24,000 bases of DNA from Tunturiibacter phage Tunturi_4: sequence record PP885687.1; one strand, given 5' to 3'. The notes beneath the pieces were generated by a model that was given only the letters and a program-made list of their open reading frames with translations, did no database searches and was not told where the DNA came from. This document shows positions 8,554 through 15,246 of this stretch, piece after piece (position 1 is the first letter of the stretch; every line of letters starts with the position of its first letter). The position numbers and the translations under genes were made by a program.

Positions 8554-10374
8554 TTATGCGCCAGCCGTTAGCAGTGCTGGGCCGGAGTATGCGGGGAACG
8601 CGACCGTCTCCTCGTGCATCGGGCATGTCTTCTGCCCTGTGTGCTCGAAGATTTCGCGGCAGAACTCGCACTCAACCGCAGCGACCTCGTCAAATTCTGG
8701 GTCGTTGCAGTTCGTGCAGGTTCCGTCCACAAAGTTGTGGCCTTTGTGTTCGCAGTGCCAGTCTGTGTCCTTGCGCTTTTTCTTAGGACGGTATTGCTGT
8801 GTGTCTTCGCCCAACCACTTCTTACCGGCGGCGGCGGTCTTATTGAACGCCTCCCACAGGTCGAGCCTCTTCCATTTCAGGTGAACTGTCCCCTTCTTGA
8901 AAAAACGTCCCTCGAAGTATTCGGACTCAAACGTCCAGCCGCCGGAGGTTGTGGCACTGCGGACCTCGTTGCACCTTCGGTCGAGTGCCTTGCCGATTGT
9001 GTCGCACTTCTCAAAGGGTTGTCCGTCTAGGACGCATAGGATTCGGTCAATGTCAGCGTAGATCGTGCGTGCGTTACCACCATAGGAGCATCGGAAACCG
9101 CCGAACGAATACTCGACACCGTAGGGGAAGATGAGTTTCTGATTGACCTTGTAGTTGTCGTTTGTCTTCCAGCCCTCGCCTTTCCGCCAGCTATTTTTCA
9201 GGCTCTTGGGAATGACAGGGCCGGAGCCGTTTTCTACTGCGTGGCCGCATAGCTCGTCGAAGACGTTCGCCACACTCTCATCAAACAGCCTCTTGCGGGA
9301 CATGAAGACGTTTTCTAGCGTCGTGCGGATGTTCTCCGCTGTGAATGGGACCGTGCTATCACGCTGCACGTCTCGCATAAACTTGTCCTGCTGCTTGCTG
9401 TCCAACCACTTGTTGAACTCCATCTGCTCGAAGACGCTCGTCCAAGCAAGCTTGCGATGGCGGCGAAGGAACTCAGATCGGCACGAGTGAACGTTTTCTA
9501 GCGCCATCTCTAGAATGTGCTTGAAGTCCTTCTCTCGATCACTGCCGCTCGAACGGTCGTGAATCTTGTTTTGATCCAAGAACAGCTTCGCTTTACGGAT
9601 GTGCTCAATGCCCTTCATCCAGTGCTCGTTGGCCATGTTGAACCAATGTTCCATGTTGCCTAGGTTGTCGCGGATCGCCAGCATCGTGATATCGCCGTCG
9701 AACTCAACACCGTGATGTTTCTCGGCTGTCGGCTTCGTCGCCCACAGATCGGCTGCATCATCCACCGCGTCTTTCTTGAGGTAGACCATCGCAACGTTCA
9801 CAGACGTTTGGCGCTCGGCGGTCGTGAAGCAATCGCCAAGGTATTCAACGTGACCGAACTGCTCAATAAGCTGCACCAACCGGTGGCGGTCTTCGCTGAA
9901 TGGATTCTTGATCGTCTCTTCATTCAGGAGGCAGACAATCTCACCGTTGTGGAGGAAGTCCCACGCTTTGAGGAGGTGCTTGTCGCCGTTGCTGAACGGT
10001 GGGTTCATGACGATGGCGTCGTAGTAGCTCACGCCGTCATAACCTAGCCACTCGAAGCCGACCACGTCGTATTCTTTACCGCGTAGCACTTGGGCTAGGG
10101 CCGGATAGTTCTCGATGACATCTACGTGGACGCGGGGGTTGCCACTGTTGCGGAATGCACCCCATCCGTGTTCACCGCGTCGGCGCTCGGCGAACTCTGG
10201 GTTTTCCTCGCACCACTCTTCGTAGGTGGCACCGTTCTTGATGTAGTCGGCGATATCGCCTTTCCCTGCACTAGGTTCTAGGAAATACTTAGCGTCTTTG
10301 TTGGTGATCTTCGCCAGCATCTTTCGCGCTACTGAACGCGGGGTTGGGTAGAACTCGGGGTTATCTCCAAACAT
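8554..10374 (-). CDS. N6-adenine DNA methyltransferase-like protein with C-terminal zinc-finger-like motifs
   Basis: FLEPSAGKGDIADYI (SAM-binding motif I) and YDAIVMNPPFSNG (motif IV, NPPF); C-terminal CTNCND...CEFCREIFEHTGQKTCPMH. The start MFGDNPEF is favoured because GGAG lies just upstream. Confidence 0.8.
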   Translation of the reverse strand: MFGDNPEFYPTPRSVARKMLAKITNKDAKYFLEPSAGKGDIADYIKNGATYEEWCEENPEFAERRRGEHGWGAFRNSGNPRVHVDVIENYPALAQVLRGKEYDVVGFEWLGYDGVSYYDAIVMNPPFSNGDKHLLKAWDFLHNGEIVCLLNEETIKNPFSEDRHRLVQLIEQFGHVEYLGDCFTTAERQTSVNVAMVYLKKDAVDDAADLWATKPTAEKHHGVEFDGDITMLAIRDNLGNMEHWFNMANEHWMKGIEHIRKAKLFLDQNKIHDRSSGSDREKDFKHILEMALENVHSCRSEFLRRHRKLAWTSVFEQMEFNKWLDSKQQDKFMRDVQRDSTVPFTAENIRTTLENVFMSRKRLFDESVANVFDELCGHAVENGSGPVIPKSLKNSWRKGEGWKTNDNYKVNQKLIFPYGVEYSFGGFRCSYGGNARTIYADIDRILCVLDGQPFEKCDTIGKALDRRCNEVRSATTSGGWTFESEYFEGRFFKKGTVHLKWKRLDLWEAFNKTAAAGKKWLGEDTQQYRPKKKRKDTDWHCEHKGHNFVDGTCTNCNDPEFDEVAAVECEFCREIFEHTGQKTCPMHEETVAFPAYSGPALLTAGA

Positions 10375-10396
10375 CGTCTTCTCCATTTATGGGTGA

Positions 10397-10411
10397 CTGC
10401 ACAGTGTGCAG
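10397..10411. promoter_or_regulatory. Palindromic operator-like site CTGCACAGTGTGCAG
   Basis: Perfect 7-bp arms around a single centre base; recurrent in the window and 23 bp upstream of the preferred methyltransferase start. Confidence 0.55.
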
Positions 10412-10415
10412 ATGA

Positions 10416-10481
10416 AGCTTCTGGGCTTGAGACCAGATCGCCGCATTACACCGGGACTAGGTTCGTCCCGGCCTCTCTGCG
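10416..10481 (-). ncRNA. Candidate twister-like ribozyme, copy A; predicted U|A cleavage between 10448 and 10447
   Basis: CGCAGA-GAG-G-CCGGGAC-gaaccta-GTCCCGG-TG-TAATGCGGC-GA-TCTGG-TCTCAAGC-CCAGA. P1 is 7 bp and P4 is 5 bp. Loop CUC pairs with GAG and GGC pairs with GCC. It directly abuts the TAA stop of the clamp gene. Confidence 0.7.
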
Positions 10482-11567
10482 TTATGCCGCTGCACTCTCC
10501 TCCTCGACCTCAGCTTCGCCGTGAGGGAAAGAATTGCCGCTGATTGTGATTTGGGTTGTCGGGTCCGTGTAGGCCATGACGACTGTGTTGCCGGTTATCG
10601 TGTTGGCGAACTCCAGCAAGTATTCAAGGTTGAGACCAATCGTCACGCCCTTGTCAGCGTCACGCATAGGCATCACGATGGACATGCTCTGCTGCTCCGT
10701 CAGATCGACTGGGTGCTTGTCGATGGTGGCGTTGATCGACACCGTCCGGCTGTGCTCCGAAGACTTCGCTGTTAGGTCTAGTCCCTTATCCGTACGAACA
10801 ATGGACACGCTTGTGTGGGTTGCGTTTTTCAAGTAGGGTTTCAGCGTCTTGAGTGCGTCGATCAGTTGTTCCCGCCACACTATCCATTGCTCTTTCGCCT
10901 TCCTAGTGGCGACCGCTTCGTAGTTGGGGAACTGCCCACTCAAGTAGCGGCTTGCGAACCGTGCGCCCTTGATTGCGAATCCGACCATCTCTTCGCCGAA
11001 GTCGAACCTAACCGACTCACCCTTAGCTAGGAATTTGTTAGCGAGCGCCAGGAACGGCTTGGGAACAACCTTGCCTGTGTTCGCGGGGATCGTTCCGCTG
11101 TGGGCAAGGCAGTTGAGGCTCAGACGGTGACCGTCGGTCGAGACTAGGTTCACGCCGCCAACCGTTTTCCTAGCACCGCTGAAGTAGGCCCCGTTCAGCG
11201 TGTACCGCGACGCCTCTTTCGAGATGCAAGACAGTACCCTTACCAGTTCGTTCTTTGTGACCGTTGCATAGCCACCTTCGCCTTGGTAGCTTGCTTGAAT
11301 CTTGGGTTGCCACTCGGGGAAGTTCTTCACCGGCTGGGCCGACTTCACCAACTCTTTGCCGACAATGTCGTAGATACCGGGTGTTAGGTTCTCCACCGGG
11401 ACCGCGACCCAGTTATCCAGATCGGAAGCGACGGCGACAAGGTTACCCGCTTTGTCTGTTGACACGTTCACGCATTGAAGGATTGGAATGTGTTTGCCGT
11501 TGAGCTTCGTGACTGCGGCTAGGATCGTGATGGCGGTTTCGTTGATCGAGACGACTTTCTTAGACAT
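10482..11567 (-). CDS. dnaN-like: DNA polymerase III beta-subunit-like sliding clamp (phage-encoded DnaN homologue)
   Basis: RYTLNGAYFS, LVSTDGHRLSL and ARFASRYLSGQFPNYEAV match the order and character of DnaN motifs (LNGxxxE, ATDGHRLA, SRLIxGxFPxY). Confidence 0.8.
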   Translation of the reverse strand: MSKKVVSINETAITILAAVTKLNGKHIPILQCVNVSTDKAGNLVAVASDLDNWVAVPVENLTPGIYDIVGKELVKSAQPVKNFPEWQPKIQASYQGEGGYATVTKNELVRVLSCISKEASRYTLNGAYFSGARKTVGGVNLVSTDGHRLSLNCLAHSGTIPANTGKVVPKPFLALANKFLAKGESVRFDFGEEMVGFAIKGARFASRYLSGQFPNYEAVATRKAKEQWIVWREQLIDALKTLKPYLKNATHTSVSIVRTDKGLDLTAKSSEHSRTVSINATIDKHPVDLTEQQSMSIVMPMRDADKGVTIGLNLEYLLEFANTITGNTVVMAYTDPTTQITISGNSFPHGEAEVEEESAAA

Positions 11568-11626
11568 AGCTCTTCTCCTGCTAGGGTTTCTAGCTAGTGG
11601 GTTGTGGTGCGTGGGTTGTCGAGGGA

Positions 11627-11959
11627 TTAGGCTGCGAACTTGAGGGGCATCACGTTGGGGGTGACGCCAACTACACAGAGTGTTTCTTTGAACTCGTATC
11701 GTTTGCCGAACTCGACCAATGCCTCAGCTTCAGAGGCAGCGCGAACGTAGTAGCGAACCCGGCACGGGTCGTCATTCTTCAGCTTCTTGCCGTCCTCGCC
11801 GTTCACCGCTTTGTCGATGCGGACAATCTGGTACTCGTTGATTGTCCCGGTCAGCTCTTGCTTCAGCGCCTTGGCGAAGTCTGCTTTCTTCCAACCCTTA
11901 GCTTCTAGGCTCTTCACTTCAGCCTCCGCGTATTCGATCAATTCCTTTGTCTTAGACAT
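11627..11959 (-). CDS. Hypothetical 110-aa protein
   Basis: Leftward ORF with CATAACTGGAGCAAAGC upstream of ATG. Confidence 0.7.
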   Translation of the reverse strand: MSKTKELIEYAEAEVKSLEAKGWKKADFAKALKQELTGTINEYQIVRIDKAVNGEDGKKLKNDDPCRVRYYVRAASEAEALVEFGKRYEFKETLCVVGVTPNVMPLKFAA

Positions 11960-11982
11960 GCTTTGCTCCAGTTATGGGATAG

Positions 11983-11997
11983 CTGCACAGTGTGCAG
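11983..11997. promoter_or_regulatory. Palindromic operator-like site CTGCACAGTGTGCAG
   Basis: Identical to the 10397 copy; lies between candidate ribozyme B and the start at 11959. Confidence 0.55.
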
Positions 11998-11998
11998 T

Positions 11999-12063
11999 CA
12001 ATGCGTCGGGCTTGTGACCGACTCGCCGCATTACACCCGTCGTGTTGACCGGGTCACTCTGCG
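11999..12063 (-). ncRNA. Candidate twister-like ribozyme, copy B; predicted U|A cleavage between 12033 and 12032
   Basis: CGCAGA-GTG-ACCCG-gtcaacacga-CGGGT-G-TAATGCGGC-GA-GTCGG-TCACAAGC-CCGAC-GCATTG. Loop CAC pairs with GUG and GGC pairs with GCC. Confidence 0.75.
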
Positions 12064-12067
12064 TTAG

Positions 12068-12235
12068 TTATAGGTGCTTCTGAAGTTCCTCCCATGCTTC
12101 ATTGGCTAGGAAGATCGCGTCTTCCACGTTGTGTGAAGTGGTGTGTCCATACTGGCAATTGAAGTCGTATTTCTTGGCTGCGTATGACGCTAGGAACGTC
12201 ACAATGTAGTGGTTGACGAACGTTTCTTTGTCCAT
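12068..12235 (-). CDS. Small 55-aa protein, MDKETFVNHYIVTFLASYAAKKYDFNCQYGHTTSHNVEDAIFLANEAWEELQKHL (below the ORF-track cutoff)
   Basis: Translated manually; starts 5 bp after the neighbouring stop at 12241 and fills the gap before candidate ribozyme B. Confidence 0.65.
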   Translation of the reverse strand: MDKETFVNHYIVTFLASYAAKKYDFNCQYGHTTSHNVEDAIFLANEAWEELQKHL

Positions 12236-12240
12236 CGCTG

Positions 12241-12615
12241 TTATGCTTGCCTCCTTCGTCCTTGCACGTTTGCGTATGCCTTAGAGATATTTGCGAACTC
12301 TCGGACGGACAGGTTGACTGTCTCGCCCTTCGTGTAGATCGCGGCTTGGAGGATGTCGCTTGTGTTCTGCTTTTGCCCATCACACAGCAACTCAACTCCC
12401 CACTTGTCGAATTTGTCGAGGCTGTCGAGTGCTTCTTGATAGGTCCGGGTTACGGTTGGTCCGAAGAGCCAGTATTTGTACCGCTCTTTCAGCAAGGGAG
12501 TGAGTAGTTCGGCCAATGCATCGCTACGCGCTTGCCGGATGGATTCGAGCACGTTGTAGCAAGCTTCGATGACTCTCACGCGGTCGTAGGGATTGCCAGC
12601 GACTAGGTTTGCCAT
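12241..12615 (-). CDS. Hypothetical 124-aa protein
   Basis: Tightly packed leftward ORF. Confidence 0.7.
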   Translation of the reverse strand: MANLVAGNPYDRVRVIEACYNVLESIRQARSDALAELLTPLLKERYKYWLFGPTVTRTYQEALDSLDKFDKWGVELLCDGQKQNTSDILQAAIYTKGETVNLSVREFANISKAYANVQGRRRQA

Positions 12616-12618
12616 GTC

Positions 12619-12951
12619 CTAGGCTCCCTTCTTCTTGAAGTCCCACGAGGCTGCGAATGGCGGTTTGTAGTCCGCGCCCTTGATGGTCTCGATGACTTCC
12701 CAGTCGGGGAATGCCACGGTCAAAGCCTCGGTGATCTTAGCCACGTCCGCTCTAACCTTGGCCTCAGTGTCAACGTATGGGGTGAACTTGATCTTGCTCA
12801 CTGCTAGGAATCCGTCGATGACGGCTCCGAAGTTGGGTCGCGTGTCGGTCGGTTTGACTAGGATTTTGTCGATGATCGCCTCGGCGACTAGTGTGGATGG
12901 GACGGCGGGTTTCTTAGGCGCAGTGACTCGCGCCAGCGGGGATGCTGTCAT
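12619..12951 (-). CDS. Hypothetical 110-aa protein
   Basis: Leftward ORF with CCCATAACTGGAGC leader; packed with neighbours. Confidence 0.7.
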   Translation of the reverse strand: MTASPLARVTAPKKPAVPSTLVAEAIIDKILVKPTDTRPNFGAVIDGFLAVSKIKFTPYVDTEAKVRADVAKITEALTVAFPDWEVIETIKGADYKPPFAASWDFKKKGA

Positions 12952-12980
12952 GGTGTCGGCTCCAGTTATGGGGATTGGTG

Positions 12981-13472
12981 TTACTTGGCTGCTACTTGTG
13001 ATTTCTCGAACTCACTCATCCACTTGGCGGCGAGTGCGTCTACTTTGCTTTCGTCTGTGCTCTTGAGGTAGATGTGGCCTAGCTCGTGGGCGATGATGTG
13101 CTCTGGGGTGGCGCTGCGGTCGGCTTGTGCGCTGATGAGTGCCGCACCGCGAAGGTAGGTCAGGTGAACGTCAGGGGCGAAGTTGGTCTCACCGTAAATC
13201 TGCCGATTCACACCACCTGCATCGAGACGGGTCATAACTCTCTGCCATGCCATGTCGTCACAAACGATGTAGTAGGTCCAGCCGCTAGGATGCGGGAAGA
13301 CTGCCAGGTTCTTCTTCAGCACGTCAGCTTGCTGTAAGCATTCCTTAGGCAGAGGTTGACCAGCCTTCGCGGTCGAAGAGTAGAAGTTGATGGTCGATTG
13401 CTGGGCGTAGAGGGGCGAGAGCGCGGCAAGGATCGCCGCACCCGCTAGGATGCGTTTCATGTTCAGCTCCAT
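12981..13472 (-). CDS. Predicted exported zinc metallopeptidase-like protein
   Basis: Signal-peptide-like N-terminus MKRILAGAAILAALSPLYAQQ; zinc-binding HELGH; 163 aa. Confidence 0.65.
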   Translation of the reverse strand: MELNMKRILAGAAILAALSPLYAQQSTINFYSSTAKAGQPLPKECLQQADVLKKNLAVFPHPSGWTYYIVCDDMAWQRVMTRLDAGGVNRQIYGETNFAPDVHLTYLRGAALISAQADRSATPEHIIAHELGHIYLKSTDESKVDALAAKWMSEFEKSQVAAK

Positions 13473-13503
13473 TTGTCAGGGATTTGCTACAGAGGGGTGA
13501 TAC

Positions 13504-13698
13504 TTACAGGGCGAAGACGAACTCTTGGTGGGTCTGTGAGATGTTCCACTTATTTACTAGCTGGAATGCTTCGAGGAGTGGCATACCGGCGACCGGCGCG
13601 TAACCCACACCAGCCTCGTTGAAGTGTTCAGGTGCGAACTCTAGGATTTGAACCTCGCCGCTTTGCAGCGCCTTGCGATAGAACTTTTTGAATCTCAT
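13504..13698 (-). CDS. Hypothetical 64-aa protein
   Basis: ATCCCATCACTGGAGAAGC leader immediately upstream of ATG. Confidence 0.6.
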   Translation of the reverse strand: MRFKKFYRKALQSGEVQILEFAPEHFNEAGVGYAPVAGMPLLEAFQLVNKWNISQTHQEFVFAL

Positions 13699-13723
13699 GC
13701 TTCTTCTCCAGTGATGGGATTGG

Positions 13724-14194
13724 TTAGGATTTCGGACAGGTGACGTGAAAAATACCCTTGTGAGCGCCCGGTATTTTCAAGCTTCGATTCCACGAGACTT
13801 GATCGGCGTCTTTGGGCTTCAGGTTGCGGGTGACGTAGCCACGAATCAGACCGTCGCACTTGATGCATGTCGTATCGTGCTTGGCGAAAAACTTCATCGG
13901 CCTAGGACTAACGCTGCACAGTGTGCGCTCCGGTTCGGGTTGTCGAACCTTCTCGACTGCCGCCCTCCCTTTGGTCTTAGTGGCCTTGGTGAGTGCGGCG
14001 AACATTGCGTTCTGTTGACGAACGATCACTTCTAAGCAATTGACGTGTTGAATTGACCCGGTCACTAACCAAGTCACTTCGTCACCCTCCAGCAATTTGC
14101 GCTGACAAACTGAGCACTTCGAGTCGAACACCGTTGAGTAACTAGCCGGTGCCGACGTTTGGTTCGTGTGCGATAGCCACGGTGCGGTTGCCAT
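13724..14194 (-). CDS. Zinc-binding protein with two Cys/His clusters
   Basis: CSVCQRKLLEGDEVTWLVTGSIQHVNC and CIKCDGLIRGY...GIFHVTC; GGAG leader upstream. Confidence 0.65.
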   Translation of the reverse strand: MATAPWLSHTNQTSAPASYSTVFDSKCSVCQRKLLEGDEVTWLVTGSIQHVNCLEVIVRQQNAMFAALTKATKTKGRAAVEKVRQPEPERTLCSVSPRPMKFFAKHDTTCIKCDGLIRGYVTRNLKPKDADQVSWNRSLKIPGAHKGIFHVTCPKS

Positions 14195-14228
14195 GTTTTC
14201 TCCAGTGATGGATCTCCTAGGATTCTAG

Positions 14229-14298
14229 GAATGCGACTGGGCTTGGAACCAGTCCGCCGCATTACACCGGGGCTTGTTTTCCTCCGGTGTCCTCTGCG
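14229..14298 (-). ncRNA. Candidate twister-like ribozyme, copy C; predicted U|A cleavage between 14264 and 14263
   Basis: CGCAGA-GGA-CACCGG-aggaaaacaagcc-CCGGTG-TAATGCGGC-G-GACTGG-TTCCAAGC-CCAGTC-GCATTC. Loop UCC pairs with GGA and GGC pairs with GCC. It directly follows the TAG stop at 14299-14301. Confidence 0.75.
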
Positions 14299-15147
14299 CT
14301 ACGCCGTTGGTGCGGCGAGATGGATGCCTTGTTTCGTTAGCTGTTGGAGTACCCAAGTCACGGCGCTTGCAGTCTTCTCCCACTGCGCTTCACCTAGGGT
14401 TCCTGAGTCGATGTAGAGGTCGCCCTTGTCCACGGCGCGCTGTGGGTTGCCGTAACCTAGGGACAATTCCTTGGCCGCTACTTCGTGCGATTCCATGCAA
14501 GCGAATCCTAGGCGGCGAAGCATCGAAGGATGCGCTAGGGCGAATGCGACGCGGCTCATGTCCAGCTCTTGATCTGCGGCTTTCACGAGGACTCGCGCTT
14601 CGTAATCAGGGCCTTTGCTGCTCCAATTCGCTGTGCAGATTGCCAGCACCCACAATTCGACTCGCGTACCGGCGAACTCTAAGGCTTGCACGAGCGCGGC
14701 CACCGTTGCCCCACGCGCTTCGATGATGTTCTTGCTGATGCCACCGGATACAGTCGCGTTGAAGACGATCTTGACGTGCTTCGTTCCTTCGCCTTCGGTG
14801 ATTTCAGTGTCGAACCTCTGCCAGCACTCCGGCTCACCGTTCAGGTAGGTTGCGACGTCTAGCCCGATTCCTTCGACGTCATAGACGACCTGCTCATGTT
14901 CGATCAGCCCGGTCACCTTATCGAGGATTGTGGCAGAGATTGCGGAGGTTCGTTCTTCGCCTTCAGGCCATCCATTCCTAGCGATTTCTAGGCACTTGTC
15001 CCAGCTTTCGGTTCCGGTGAAGTTTTCGTCCCGATCTTTCGACGACTTCAGCCCATGTTTACCAGAGCCAGCGATGGCGAAGTCTAGGAACTCGCCCCAT
15101 GAATACAGCACGTCGTGAGCATATTTCGGTTTGAACGCGGTTTCCAT
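14299..15147 (-). CDS. Hypothetical 282-aa protein
   Basis: Long leftward ORF with GGAGGAATT just upstream of ATG. Confidence 0.8.
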   Translation of the reverse strand: METAFKPKYAHDVLYSWGEFLDFAIAGSGKHGLKSSKDRDENFTGTESWDKCLEIARNGWPEGEERTSAISATILDKVTGLIEHEQVVYDVEGIGLDVATYLNGEPECWQRFDTEITEGEGTKHVKIVFNATVSGGISKNIIEARGATVAALVQALEFAGTRVELWVLAICTANWSSKGPDYEARVLVKAADQELDMSRVAFALAHPSMLRRLGFACMESHEVAAKELSLGYGNPQRAVDKGDLYIDSGTLGEAQWEKTASAVTWVLQQLTKQGIHLAAPTA

Positions 15148-15155
15148 AATTCCTC

Positions 15156-15221
15156 CAATGCGCCCGGACTTGTGACCGGGACTGTCGCATTACCCGCGCC
15201 TCCCAACGCGGTCACTCTGCG
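15156..15221 (-). ncRNA. Candidate twister-like ribozyme, copy D; predicted U|A cleavage between 15192 and 15191
   Basis: CGCAGA-GTG-ACCGCG-ttgggagg-CGCGGG-TAATGCGAC-AGT-CCCGG-TCACAAGT-CCGGG-CGCATTG. Loop CAC pairs with GUG. The second pseudoknot changes to GAC/GUC, a compensatory change relative to GGC/GCC in A-C. Confidence 0.7.
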
Positions 15222-15246
15222 ATTTAGTTATGGTGTCAAGATGTTA

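Noticed and set aside
8614-9030. Plus-strand 138-aa ORF and other antisense ORFs (for example 9712-10047, 11597-11908, 12680-13066, 14274-14726)
   Set aside because: They lie opposite well-supported minus-strand genes, have low-complexity or Cys/Ser-rich translations and no ribosome-binding support.
10449-10472. P1 hairpin of element A read as a rho-independent terminator
   Set aside because: The CCGGGAC/GUCCCGG stem is followed by UGUAAUGC with no U-run, and the same location is filled by different hairpins in the other copies.
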